Origin: Syntrophaceae bacterium
Lineage (GTDB): Bacteria; Desulfobacterota; BSN033; UBA1163
Reading direction: 5' to 3'
DNA length: 62,059 nt
NCBI GenBank assembly: GCA_013388645.1
Contig: JACAEV010000197.1
Coordinates: 1 to 62,059, forward strand
The translations under genes were made by a program, and so were the position numbers. Below, piece by piece: positions 38,635-48,814 of the stretch. Every line of letters begins with the position of its first letter. The stretch's first letter is position 1. The notes below the pieces were generated by a model. The model ran no database searches. It saw only the letters and a program-made list of their open reading frames with translations, and was not told the DNA's origin.

Positions 38635-39300
38635 ATGGATGCTCGAATAGCCGTTAGAGAAAGGAGAAGTATCCGCTGTTTCAGGCCAGATGAAGTTCCC
38701 GAAAATATTATTCGGGAAATCTTGGATGTGGCAAGATGGGCTCCTTCTTGGGGGAATACCCAACCTTGGGAGTTTTATGTAGTGACAGGGAATGCTCTAG
38801 AAAAATTTAAAAAACTGAATCGTCAACAGTATATGGACGGAATACCCCCATCACCAGAAATCCCTATGCCAAGGGTTTGGCCCGAGGTGTTAAAAAAGAG
38901 GTATACGAGCTTAGGGAAAAGGCTTTTAACCTCCATGTCGATTGCAAGAGAAGATACAGAAGGTCGCAGTAGATATTATGCAAAAATGTATGGTCTTTTT
39001 GGTGCTCCCTGCCTAATTCTCACATGCATCGAGAAAAGCCTCTCCATTGAATATGCTATGATAGATGTTGGGCTTATTAATCAGACAATCTGTTTATTGG
39101 GCCATGAAAGGAATCTCGGCACTTGTATGCTTGCAGCTTCTGTATCGTATCCAAAGCTTTTAAGAGAATTGTTACCTATTCCAAAAGATAAACTTATCGT
39201 CATTGGAACCGTTCTCGGTTATCCTGATTGGGATTCCCCAGAAAATCATTTTGAGCGGGAAAGGGCAACGATTGACGAACAGGTCACCTGGGTGAGTTAG
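38635..39300 (+). CDS. Nitroreductase-fold flavoprotein
   Basis: 221 aa with 'RRSIRCFRPDEVPENIIREILDVARWAPSWGNTQPWEFYVV'. Confidence 0.85.
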   Translation: MDARIAVRERRSIRCFRPDEVPENIIREILDVARWAPSWGNTQPWEFYVVTGNALEKFKKLNRQQYMDGIPPSPEIPMPRVWPEVLKKRYTSLGKRLLTSMSIAREDTEGRSRYYAKMYGLFGAPCLILTCIEKSLSIEYAMIDVGLINQTICLLGHERNLGTCMLAASVSYPKLLRELLPIPKDKLIVIGTVLGYPDWDSPENHFERERATIDEQVTWVS

Positions 39301-39423
39301 ATAAATGGATTTGCAACGATTTTCGAAAAAGGGGTCGCCACATGTTTTTTCAGGAGTGATCTGCGTGGTTTGATAATCTGATAAGAATAGTAAGTTTGTT
39401 TAGGAAACGGTTAAAGTGTTTCT

Positions 39424-40410
39424 ATGAGAAAAGAAAAGGTATTTATTACTGATCCCTTATTGAGTAGTATTCCAAAAATGGCACAAAAGAGGTTTCCGAA
39501 AGAGAACGACCAAATCGAATGGATGATTGCGAATAGTGGCGAAAAAGAAGAACTGTTGAAGGTAATACCCTGCGTAAATATTATTGTTGTTGGGAGGCAA
39601 CAAATAACGCGAGAACTCATCCAAAGGGCTGATAAGGCTTATTTTATCCAGCAATGTGGAATGGGATACGACAATATAGACATTGCAGCGGCACGCTCGA
39701 GAAACATCGTTGTTGCAACTGCTGGTCCGGCAGGAGTTATTTCGGTGGCTGAACATACCATTTTACTGATGCTGGCAGTGGCAAAGAGCCTTCCACTTGC
39801 TCATAATTCAACGATAAAGGGAGATTGGCTCTTTCCAAATCTTTTAGGGCATGTTTACGAAGTTTACGAGAAAACATTAGGTATTATCGGATTGGGGCAG
39901 ATTGGAACCCGGGTTGCAGTTCTCGCTCACGCCTTAGGAATGAAGATTCAATATTATGACCCATACCGCAAGAGTGTTAGTGACCTTGAGTTTCCTATTA
40001 AGTTCGGTTCTTTGGATGAACTTCTGGTTACTTCTGATTTCGTTTCCATACATACTATTTTAAACGAAGAAACTCGCCATATGATCAGTAAAGACAAATT
40101 GCGTATGATGAAATCGACTGCATACCTTATTAACACATCTCGAGGAGAAATTGTTGATGAAGATGCTCTTGCTGATTTTTTAGAAGAAGGGAGAATTGCA
40201 GGCGCAGGCTTGGATGTTTTCGGCGCGCACACGGAAGGTCCAAAAAGAGGGTCAAAGATTCTAAGCTTACCCAATGTAGTGCTTACCCCACATCTTGCTG
40301 GATCTACAGCAGAAGCCTTTTTTAGAAATTATTACGTTCATTCATTAGAAAATATTATGCGGACTGTAAGGAAAGAAGCACCGTTATATATCGTGAGACA
40401 AGGAGAGTAG
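39424..40410 (+). CDS. D-isomer-specific 2-hydroxyacid dehydrogenase (NAD-binding)
   Basis: 328 aa. Motifs 'LGIIGLGQIGTRVA', 'LINTSRGEIVDEDAL', 'GAGLDVF' and 'VVLTPHLAGST'. Confidence 0.85.
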   Translation: MRKEKVFITDPLLSSIPKMAQKRFPKENDQIEWMIANSGEKEELLKVIPCVNIIVVGRQQITRELIQRADKAYFIQQCGMGYDNIDIAAARSRNIVVATAGPAGVISVAEHTILLMLAVAKSLPLAHNSTIKGDWLFPNLLGHVYEVYEKTLGIIGLGQIGTRVAVLAHALGMKIQYYDPYRKSVSDLEFPIKFGSLDELLVTSDFVSIHTILNEETRHMISKDKLRMMKSTAYLINTSRGEIVDEDALADFLEEGRIAGAGLDVFGAHTEGPKRGSKILSLPNVVLTPHLAGSTAEAFFRNYYVHSLENIMRTVRKEAPLYIVRQGE

Positions 40411-40424
40411 GAGGAGACAGAAGT

Positions 40425-42089
40425 ATGGAAGAAAAGGAAAAGGATTCCGACGTGATGGATAGTTATCATGAGAAACCTACTGGGTTTAAAACTTGGTCTG
40501 GTCTTCCACTAAAGAATTGGTATGGTCCTGGGGATGTCTCAACAATTAATTATGGGAAGAATATAGGGGATCCTGGTAACTTCCCTTATACCAGGGGAAT
40601 CCATCAGGATATGTTTAGGGGCCGCTATTGGACACGTAGGGAGGTAACTGGATATGGGACCCCTGAAGAGACCAATCAGAGGTTAAAGTACTTGATCAAG
40701 GAAGGTTCTGGGGGACTCAATGTCATTCCTGATAATCCCAGCATCATGGGAATCGATTCTGATCATCCACGGGCGAAGGGTGAGGTAGGTGTGCAAGGAG
40801 TTCCAATGTGCACTCGCCAAGATATGGAACTGCTGATGGAAGACATACCTCTTGAAAAGATCAGTATGTCCCTTATAGTTTCTTCTACTCAAACACCAGT
40901 AGCGCTTTCCCAATATATTGCTCTCGCAGAGAGTAGAGGGTTGAAGCCGTCTGATTTGGCGGGAACCACTCAAAACGATCCCATTCACTGCCGATATGCT
41001 GGATTCGCCAATTCCTCACCCATCAACCTTGCATTAAAAACTGGAGTGGATGTCATTGAATACTGCACCCTGAATATGCCCCGATGGTACCCTATTAATG
41101 TAAATATGTATGACCTCAGAGAACAGGGTATTAACGCTGCACAAGAGCTTGCTTTCGGTTTCTCCATGGCCATGCTGTATATTCAGGGTGTACTTAACAG
41201 AGGTCTCGATATAGACTCATTTGCTCCCAGATTCGCTTTTTACTGTTCGGCTCATATTGATTTTTTTGAGGAAATTGCCAAGTTAAGGGCTGCACGTCGA
41301 ATTTGGGCAAGAATTATGAAGGAGCGGTTCGGAGCTAAGAATCCTAATTCATTAAAATTTAAGTTCGGTATACATACTGCAGGGTGTTCCCTCGTGCCTC
41401 AGCAACCATTGAACAATATTATTCGTGTTGCCTATGAAGCCATGGCCGCGGTGCTGGCCGGTGTTCAATCCCTTCATTGTTGTTCCTATGATGAACCTAT
41501 TGCACTACCTACTGAGGAGTCTGTGAGGCTGGCTATTAGAACTCAGCAAATCTTAGCTTACGAAACAGGTGTGGCTCTTGTTGCTGACCCCTTGGGAGGG
41601 AGCTATTTCATAGAAAACCTGACGGAAGAGATAGAGCAACAGGCGAATATTATCATGGAGAAAATAGAGACCCAAGGAGGGATGAAAAAGGCTCTTCAGA
41701 TGGGGTGGATAGATGCACAAATCGATGAGGCGGCATTGAAATACCAAAGAGAGGTGGAAAATGGGGAACACATTGTGGTGGGATTGAACAAATTTCGAAC
41801 GGATGAGGAGACTTCAGTAGGGAAGGTCCATCGAATTTCCCCGGATTCGGAGGAGAAACAGATTACAAGGCTGAAAAAGCTAAGAGAATCTCGGGACGAA
41901 AAGAAAGTGAAAGATGCTTTAAGGGCGCTCAAGTCAAGAGCGGAAGAAGGAGAAAAAGAAAATTTGATTCCAGCCATGATCGAGGCATCCCGTCAGTACG
42001 CAACAATTGCAGAAATCCTTGGAACTGTTCGGATTGTAATGGGGGAACCATATGATCCTTTGGGGGTATTGAGCCACCCATTTTTTTGA
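40425..42089 (+). CDS. Acyl-CoA mutase large (substrate-binding TIM-barrel) subunit, methylmalonyl-CoA mutase family, divergent
   Basis: 554 aa. Motifs 'FPYTRGIHQDMFRGRYWTRREVTGYGTPEETN', 'GLNVIPDNPS', 'GTTQND' and 'RIWARIM'. There is no C-terminal B12 domain. Confidence 0.8.
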   Translation: MEEKEKDSDVMDSYHEKPTGFKTWSGLPLKNWYGPGDVSTINYGKNIGDPGNFPYTRGIHQDMFRGRYWTRREVTGYGTPEETNQRLKYLIKEGSGGLNVIPDNPSIMGIDSDHPRAKGEVGVQGVPMCTRQDMELLMEDIPLEKISMSLIVSSTQTPVALSQYIALAESRGLKPSDLAGTTQNDPIHCRYAGFANSSPINLALKTGVDVIEYCTLNMPRWYPINVNMYDLREQGINAAQELAFGFSMAMLYIQGVLNRGLDIDSFAPRFAFYCSAHIDFFEEIAKLRAARRIWARIMKERFGAKNPNSLKFKFGIHTAGCSLVPQQPLNNIIRVAYEAMAAVLAGVQSLHCCSYDEPIALPTEESVRLAIRTQQILAYETGVALVADPLGGSYFIENLTEEIEQQANIIMEKIETQGGMKKALQMGWIDAQIDEAALKYQREVENGEHIVVGLNKFRTDEETSVGKVHRISPDSEEKQITRLKKLRESRDEKKVKDALRALKSRAEEGEKENLIPAMIEASRQYATIAEILGTVRIVMGEPYDPLGVLSHPFF

Positions 42090-42134
42090 ATAAGTTATCA
42101 ACATTTATAATGAAATTTCTGTACGGAGGGAATA

Positions 42135-43655
42135 ATGAAGAATGAGAAGTTTGATGCGATTGTGATTGGTGCGGGGGTGGGGGGACCCACAGCAGGAGCC
42201 ATCCTTGCGAAAAAAGAAGGGATGAAAGTCCTTGTACTTGAAAAGGCCTCTCGAGTTGGGGGAAGAGATATTTCCTTTAATTTCAGCGAGGAAGACCCAG
42301 AGACCTATAAACGATTGATTGCTAATGCGGCTCATACTTGGTATGTCAAGTCGGAACCGGATCTAACGGAACTTTTTAAGCAGGGGTATCTAAAGGGATA
42401 TAGTTTTGAAGCAGGAATTCATACTCTTCAAATCACCGAAAGAGGACGGACAAATGTTTGTCTCACCTACTTGGGGAAACCATTGACTCTCTTCCCTGCT
42501 GTGAGTGCAGGGTGGTGGCATGGCGGTGAATTATACCATTTCGAAAATGGCTCTGAGAGGGGGGGGAATTTCCCCTGGATGAATGAGAGAGACAAGGAGG
42601 AGTGTGGAAAGATCAACCGGTTGATGGTAAAAATTTCAGCTGATGAGGCTCATTCCTATGATCATATAAGTTTGAAGGAATGGATGGAGGTGAGAACTGA
42701 TAATCAAAATACCAAAGACTTCCACTACGTGAATGGTACGATGAACTGTACTATCAATGATCCCGCAAACATTTCTGCAGGGGATTGTATTCTTATGAAT
42801 CGGGCTGTGGCAAGAGCAGGTAAACGATTTTCATATGGTGGGTGTTCAACACCAGGCCTTCCAGGTTTCGTACAAATCCCGTTGAAATTATGTGAGGTAA
42901 TTGAGGAGCATGGCGGGAAAGTTGTAACTCGGGCAACGGTGAAGGAGGTATTAATTGAGAATAGAAAGGTGAAAGGAGTCCTTGTGGAGATTGAAGGAGC
43001 AGAAGAAAAGATCGAATGTCCAATTGTCATCAATTCTGGGATGGTTAATGAGATGTTCAATTACATTCCTGAAAACCACTTTCCTTATACTTTCGTCAAA
43101 CGGGTGAAAGGCTTTTGGCGGGCTGGAATAGGTGCGGTCTATTTTGGACTCGGCCACAAGATTGTAAAAGAACATTTGACTTTTGTTCCTAAAATTGCAG
43201 GCAAAGAAGACGGTTTCGACAGCGATGTCCGCATGGGGTTCTGGGATAGCTCAGGCATGGATCCAGGCCGCGCCCCGGAAGGCAAGCAGTTATTGGATGC
43301 GTATGTATCCCTTGTAGATATAGAGGCTCATAACCTGGAACTCGTAAATTTGGCATATGAGAAAATGAAAAAATTCATGGAAGATAATTATCAGGGCTTT
43401 AAACAGGCACTCGAATGGACTCTGTATACTGTTTCTGACAGTCTCGTACCAGTCGCCCAGGCACCTTATCAAGTTGGGGATGCAAGACCCAAAGCAAAAA
43501 GTCCTTTTATTGAAGGGCTCTATATGGCATCAGACAGTTCGGAGTGTTCTATGGCTGCAAATGATGCAGCCGTCCATGCCGGAATCATTGCAGCAAGCCG
43601 TATTAGTGGAAAGGATTATGTAAGCGAAATTCTACCTGAATATCTCAGAGATTAA
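42135..43655 (+). CDS. FAD-dependent oxidoreductase, phytoene-desaturase (CrtI)-like family
   Basis: 506 aa. The dinucleotide fold is 'KFDAIVIGAGVGGPTAGAILAKKEGMKVLVLEKASRVGGR'. A GGAGGG RBS is present. Confidence 0.75.
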   Translation: MKNEKFDAIVIGAGVGGPTAGAILAKKEGMKVLVLEKASRVGGRDISFNFSEEDPETYKRLIANAAHTWYVKSEPDLTELFKQGYLKGYSFEAGIHTLQITERGRTNVCLTYLGKPLTLFPAVSAGWWHGGELYHFENGSERGGNFPWMNERDKEECGKINRLMVKISADEAHSYDHISLKEWMEVRTDNQNTKDFHYVNGTMNCTINDPANISAGDCILMNRAVARAGKRFSYGGCSTPGLPGFVQIPLKLCEVIEEHGGKVVTRATVKEVLIENRKVKGVLVEIEGAEEKIECPIVINSGMVNEMFNYIPENHFPYTFVKRVKGFWRAGIGAVYFGLGHKIVKEHLTFVPKIAGKEDGFDSDVRMGFWDSSGMDPGRAPEGKQLLDAYVSLVDIEAHNLELVNLAYEKMKKFMEDNYQGFKQALEWTLYTVSDSLVPVAQAPYQVGDARPKAKSPFIEGLYMASDSSECSMAANDAAVHAGIIAASRISGKDYVSEILPEYLRD

Positions 43656-43681
43656 AAAGCAGGAAGGAAAAGGATTGGATA

Positions 43682-44077
43682 ATGGCACTTAAAAGAAAGG
43701 TTAGAATTCTAATTGCCAAAATTGGGCTTGATGGTCATGATAGGGGAGCAAAAGTCCTGGCCTCAATGTTGAGGGATAATGGTTACGAAGTCATTTATCT
43801 GGGTCTTTATAATACCCCCGAAATGGTTGTTCAAAGTGCCATCCAGGAAGCGGTTGATATCATTGGCATTAGCTTTCATTCGGGGGAACATTTAACATTG
43901 ACTCCGATATTAATGAATAAACTCCGCGAACATCAGCTGGGCGAAATTCCCGTTATTATAGGAGGTATCATCCCAATGGAGGATGAGAACATATTGATAG
44001 GAATGGGTGTCAAACGGGTTTTTCGGGGTTCACTGGTTAGTGAAGTCATAGAATATTTGAATCATTATTTCAAATGA
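43682..44077 (+). CDS. Cobalamin-binding small subunit of the acyl-CoA mutase
   Basis: 131 aa. 'RILIAKIGLDGHDRGAKVLASMLRDNGYEVIYLG' carries the DxHxxG motif, with 'IGISFHSG' and 'VIIGGIIP'. Confidence 0.85.
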   Translation: MALKRKVRILIAKIGLDGHDRGAKVLASMLRDNGYEVIYLGLYNTPEMVVQSAIQEAVDIIGISFHSGEHLTLTPILMNKLREHQLGEIPVIIGGIIPMEDENILIGMGVKRVFRGSLVSEVIEYLNHYFK

Positions 44078-44117
44078 AGAGGAATTTCCATTTGAATTTG
44101 ACGGAGAGGGAATAATC

Positions 44118-45284
44118 GTGGATTTTTCTTATACAAACGAACAAGAGATCTTAAAAGATATATTGCGAGAGTTCTGTGATAAGGAGATAACACCAAAAGT
44201 AGCGGAATACGACAGAAAACGAGAATTTGATTATAGCATCATTGAAAAGCTGCATAAACAAAAACTTTTAGGTGTCGTCATCCCTAAGGAATATGGAGGG
44301 GTAGGTGGCAGTTTAATTGATCAAGCAATTATTTGTGAAGAGATTGCCCGTAATTCATTTACAGCGATGGTAGTAACGAATTTTACTTGGTATATGCCCT
44401 ACGAGATACTAAGAGTGGGGACAGAGGAGAATAAGAAAAGGTGGATTTCCTATCTATTTGATGGGAAAAAATTGGGTGCGCATTCTGGTACAGAGGCCGA
44501 TGCCGGAACAGATGCAGCATCGGTTCGAACCTGGGCTAAACTGGAGGGGGATGAATGGGTCATTAATGGAACAAAATGGTTTGTCTCCAATCTTGGCAAA
44601 GCAGATTATTACTTCATTAGTTTACGTACTGCTGAAGACCGTTACAATGGAATGAGCACAATCTTAGTAGAAAAAAATACGCCTGGTATGACCATTGGAA
44701 GAAGGGTTGAACACATTAGCGTACGAGGAATAAATAATGGTGAGTTAATATTTGAGAATTGTCGGGTCCCTAAGGAGAACCTCATCGGTAGATTGAATAA
44801 GGGATTTTATGACATGTTGGTCCTATATGATGTAATAAGATTATTTTTCGCCATAGGGGCAGTTGGGATAGCAAGGGGTGCCTTGGAAAGCTCAATAAAA
44901 TTTGCTCAAGAACGGCAACAGTTTGGTAAGCCCATTGGGGATTTTCAGCTAATCAGAGCAATGATTGCTGACATGGCGACAGAGATCGATGCTGCAAGAT
45001 TGTTAATTTATAGAGCATTGGATATGGAGAGAAAAGGACTCAAACATACAAAAGAGACTTGCATGGCAAAACTCTATGCCACCGAAATGGCCGATAGAAC
45101 TACATACAAAGCTATACAAATACATGGAGGATATGGAGTTACTACGGATTTCCCTGTAGAACGTTATTGGAGAGATGCCCGTATCACCACTATAGGTGAA
45201 GGGACAAGCGAGATCCAAAGGTTGATTATCGCTTCTGAAATATTCAAGAGCGAAAAAATCGTGCTTGACTCAGCACTCGATTAA
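44118..45284 (+). CDS. Acyl-CoA dehydrogenase (adjacent to etfBA, Bcd-like arrangement)
   Basis: 388 aa. Motifs 'GTEADAGTDAAS', 'INGTKWFVSN' and 'YWRDARITTIGEGTSEIQRLIIA'. It has a GTG start. Confidence 0.88.
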   Translation: MDFSYTNEQEILKDILREFCDKEITPKVAEYDRKREFDYSIIEKLHKQKLLGVVIPKEYGGVGGSLIDQAIICEEIARNSFTAMVVTNFTWYMPYEILRVGTEENKKRWISYLFDGKKLGAHSGTEADAGTDAASVRTWAKLEGDEWVINGTKWFVSNLGKADYYFISLRTAEDRYNGMSTILVEKNTPGMTIGRRVEHISVRGINNGELIFENCRVPKENLIGRLNKGFYDMLVLYDVIRLFFAIGAVGIARGALESSIKFAQERQQFGKPIGDFQLIRAMIADMATEIDAARLLIYRALDMERKGLKHTKETCMAKLYATEMADRTTYKAIQIHGGYGVTTDFPVERYWRDARITTIGEGTSEIQRLIIASEIFKSEKIVLDSALD

Positions 45285-45294
45285 TTTGGGTATT

Positions 45295-46062
45295 ATGTTG
45301 AATATAGCAGTCTGTATCAAGGAAATACCCGAGGAAATTCGGGTAAATAAGAAAACATACACCTTGATTAGAGAAGGTATAAAGGGGGTTATTAATCCGT
45401 GCGATAAAAATGCGATAGAGCTATCCGTCACCTTAAAGGAGAAACATGGGGGGAAGGTAACGCTGATTTCCATGGGCCCTCAAAATGTGGAAAAGACTTT
45501 AATACATGGCTTGGCCATGGGGGCGGATCAAGCAGTATTTATTTGTGATAAGGCATTTGCTGGCGCTGATACACTTGCAACAGCATTTACCTTAGTAACA
45601 GCTATAAAAAAACTGGGTCATTTCCAATTAATACTTTGCGGTAAAGCAAGTGCAGACAGTGGCACGCAGCATATTGGACCCCAGATTGCCAATTTTTTAG
45701 GGATTACTCAAGTTACATACGCAGTCGGTCTTGCTGTTGAAAACAACAAGGTACGGGTGAAAAGGCAGTTGATGGATGAATACGAAACTGTGGAAGTGGA
45801 ATTTCCAGTTTTGATAAGCGTTGTTAAAGGAATGAATGAGCCAAGGATTCCATCGTACGTTGACATATATGAAGCATCCAAGAAGGACTTTTTCAGATGG
45901 TCCATTAATGATCTCGGTTTAAAGGAGGACCAGGTAGGTCTAACGGGATCCCCAACGAAAATTAGTAAAATCTTACCACCAGAGACGATTCGGCAGTGCA
46001 AGATGCTACAAGGTACATTAGAGGAAATATGTAATGATTTAGCCCAAATATTGAAGACTTGA
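45295..46062 (+). CDS. etfB: Electron transfer flavoprotein beta subunit
   Basis: 'MLNIAVCIKEIPEE...', 'ISMGPQNVEKTLIHGLAMGADQAVFI' and 'LILCGKASADSGT'. The start is set at ATG 45295, downstream of the ACAD stop. Confidence 0.88.
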   Translation: MLNIAVCIKEIPEEIRVNKKTYTLIREGIKGVINPCDKNAIELSVTLKEKHGGKVTLISMGPQNVEKTLIHGLAMGADQAVFICDKAFAGADTLATAFTLVTAIKKLGHFQLILCGKASADSGTQHIGPQIANFLGITQVTYAVGLAVENNKVRVKRQLMDEYETVEVEFPVLISVVKGMNEPRIPSYVDIYEASKKDFFRWSINDLGLKEDQVGLTGSPTKISKILPPETIRQCKMLQGTLEEICNDLAQILKT

Positions 46063-46073
46063 AGGGTTAAATA

Positions 46074-47051
46074 ATGGAGAACAACAATCAGTATCGAGGT
46101 GTCTGGGTATTTGTAGAGCATAAAGGCAGCCAAATAGAAAAGTGTAGTCTTGAGCTTTTATCTTTAGGGCGCAATCTTGCTAGCGAACTTCAGGTGGATC
46201 TTTCAACCCTTGTGATAGGGAATCTCATGGGACGATTATCTGAGGAATTGATGTACTATGGGGTGGATGTCGTATATGTCGTGGAAAACCCTGTTCTTGA
46301 AAGGTATACTACTTCTCCCTACCATAAAATTACTTGTGACTTAATCAAAGAATATAGGCCGGAGATAGTTCTATTTAGCTCTACACCTATAGGTATGGAT
46401 TTAGCCCCCAGAGTTGCTTGTGAACTAAAGACTGGCCTGGTTGCTCACTGTGTAGATTTGAAAATAGATAAGGGCAAGAGACAGTTACTTCAAATTTGTC
46501 CTTACGGTGATTATATGGCAACTATGATCACCACAGTGAAACCACAAATGGTTACAGTTCAGCCTGGGGTAACCCCTCTACCTCCAAGGGGAGAATTCAA
46601 ACAGGGACAAACAGTGCAGATTGAACGGGAAATAGATATTGGGAATATAAAAATCATAGAAGTGGTGAAGCCAGAAAAAGCTGATATGGGAAAGATCGAG
46701 GAATCGGATGTTATTATTGCAATCGGGCGGGGGGTGAAGAACATGAGCTTGGCTGAGAAACTGGCAGAATGCCTTGGAGGAATATTGGGTGCTACACAGC
46801 CAATTGTTGATGCTGGACTATTACCGGAATCACGTATGATCGGCCAGACAGGGAAAGCAGTCCGACCTAAGGTATATATTGCTTGCGGAATTTCTGGGGC
46901 AGGGCAACACATCGTAGGAATGAAAAATTCTGGGTTAATTGTAGCTATTAATACTGACGAAAAGGCTCCCATATTTAAAGTTGCTGATTACGGTATCATT
47001 GGAGATGTTTCTAAAGTGATCCCTGCATTAATTGCCGCTTTAAACCGCTGA
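46074..47051 (+). CDS. etfA: Electron transfer flavoprotein alpha subunit
   Basis: 325 aa. Motifs 'VWVFVEHKGSQIEKCSLELL' and 'VYIACGISGAGQHIVGMKNSGLIVAINTDEKAPIF'. Confidence 0.9.
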   Translation: MENNNQYRGVWVFVEHKGSQIEKCSLELLSLGRNLASELQVDLSTLVIGNLMGRLSEELMYYGVDVVYVVENPVLERYTTSPYHKITCDLIKEYRPEIVLFSSTPIGMDLAPRVACELKTGLVAHCVDLKIDKGKRQLLQICPYGDYMATMITTVKPQMVTVQPGVTPLPPRGEFKQGQTVQIEREIDIGNIKIIEVVKPEKADMGKIEESDVIIAIGRGVKNMSLAEKLAECLGGILGATQPIVDAGLLPESRMIGQTGKAVRPKVYIACGISGAGQHIVGMKNSGLIVAINTDEKAPIFKVADYGIIGDVSKVIPALIAALNR

Positions 47052-47146
47052 TGTTATTTAAAATCTTGATTAATATTTCTTTCGCTCAATGCGTTGCAGT
47101 AATATCCATAAGATGAGAATTGGTCAAGGGAAGGAGGAAATTTATA

Positions 47147-48679
47147 ATGAGAAATTTCGGTTCCCTTATAAGAGAGAAGGCGTTGAAACATCAAAATAAG
47201 ACTCTCTTTATTTTTAGGGACGGCGAGATAAGCTTTAAAGATTTCCACGAAAAGACCAGCCGTATGGCCGCCAGTTTGGTGGGATATGGCTTGAACATTA
47301 GTGATCGGGTAATAGTCCATTTTGGTAACGGGTTAGAAATTGTCGAATCATATTTTGCTGTAGGGAAGGCTGGAGCTATTTCTATTCCCCTAAACACAAT
47401 GTTCACTGCCCGAGAGATGAAATACATCATCAATAATGCGGAGGCTAAATTTATTATCACTTCGGAAGATTCTCTTGCCAAGATTCTGTCGATAAGAGAT
47501 GAAATACCAACCGTCCAAAAGATATTTGTGGCAGGAAAAGGAAGGCAATCTGACGTCATTCCATACCGTCAGCTTTATGAAGGAACTACACAAGAGGTAC
47601 ATGGATTAGATGTGGATCCAGAAAGTATTTCGATGGTGTTTTATACTTCCGGTACCACTGGAAATCCAAAAGGGGCAATGCTCACGCACAACGGCTTAAT
47701 CACAAATGCCGAGGTGATGGTAAAGACGCTGGGTTTTACCGAAAACGACAGGTCACTCTGCATTTTACCTTTTTTCCACCTCTTTGCGACCATGTTTAGT
47801 TTACTGCAAATGATGTTTGCGGGAGGAAGTACGGTCATTGTTGAAGGGAAGTTTGATGAAGAGATAGCTTGCCGATTTATTGAAAAGTACAAGGTAACGG
47901 TATTGTTGGGAGTGCCAACTATATTTATTTATCTGATCAATTACCCAGGGAGAAAAAAGTATGATTTATCATCTCTTAGAATTGGGGTGACTGGAAGTGG
48001 GCCAGTTCCCATTACATTAAAGGAGCAATTTGAAAAAGAAGTTGGTATCGTTGTCGTTGAAGGTTATGGCTTAACAGAGGGTGGACCAATTGTCTGTATC
48101 GAGAGGCCTGGGGGAGAAAGGCGGCTTGGTTCTTGCGGGTTGACTTTGCCAGGGTTAGAGACCCGTGTTGTGGATCAAAATGGTAAGGATGTTCCACCAG
48201 GAGAAATTGGAGAACTTATCATCAAAGGATATCCTTATATCATGAAAGGTTATTGGAAAATGCCAAAGGAGACTTCTGAGACTCTGCGCAATGGGTGGCT
48301 TTTTACAGGCGATTTAGTGAAAAAAGACAAGGATGGATATATCTATATCGTTGATAGGATAAAGGATATGATAGTTCGTGGTGGGTATAATATCTATCCT
48401 AAGGAGGTCGAAATGGTTCTTTACTCTCATCCCTCGGTTTTAGAAACTGCTGTGGTGGGAATATTTGATGAAGTACTGGGCGAGGTACCGAAGGCATACA
48501 TTGTTCTCAAGCCAGGGGAGAATATATCTGTGGAAGAATTAAATAAGTATTGCAGAGAAAATTTAGCAGCATACAAGGTACCGCGGGAGATCGTTTTAGT
48601 AAATGAGTTACCTAAAACAGGATCTGGGAAAATAAGTAAGGTTGAAATACGGGAAAGAGAGAAAATGAAAGGGAACTAA
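47147..48679 (+). CDS. AMP-forming acyl-CoA synthetase
   Basis: Motifs 'FYTSGTTGNPKGAMLTH', 'GYGLTEG', 'GDLVKKDKDGYIYIVDRIKDMI' and 'PKTGSGKI'. The start is ATG 47147 after GGAAGGAGG. Confidence 0.88.
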   Translation: MRNFGSLIREKALKHQNKTLFIFRDGEISFKDFHEKTSRMAASLVGYGLNISDRVIVHFGNGLEIVESYFAVGKAGAISIPLNTMFTAREMKYIINNAEAKFIITSEDSLAKILSIRDEIPTVQKIFVAGKGRQSDVIPYRQLYEGTTQEVHGLDVDPESISMVFYTSGTTGNPKGAMLTHNGLITNAEVMVKTLGFTENDRSLCILPFFHLFATMFSLLQMMFAGGSTVIVEGKFDEEIACRFIEKYKVTVLLGVPTIFIYLINYPGRKKYDLSSLRIGVTGSGPVPITLKEQFEKEVGIVVVEGYGLTEGGPIVCIERPGGERRLGSCGLTLPGLETRVVDQNGKDVPPGEIGELIIKGYPYIMKGYWKMPKETSETLRNGWLFTGDLVKKDKDGYIYIVDRIKDMIVRGGYNIYPKEVEMVLYSHPSVLETAVVGIFDEVLGEVPKAYIVLKPGENISVEELNKYCRENLAAYKVPREIVLVNELPKTGSGKISKVEIREREKMKGN

Positions 48680-48814
48680 AAAGGAAGGCTCAATAAATGG
48701 AAAGGGAGAAATTGTATGTTGGAATTTGTCAAGTGAATTTGGAGTTGCCTGTACCATTGAAGAGGTTTCAAAGCCCAGTTTCTTTAGTAAAGTCAAAAAC
48801 AGGAAGAGATAAGA

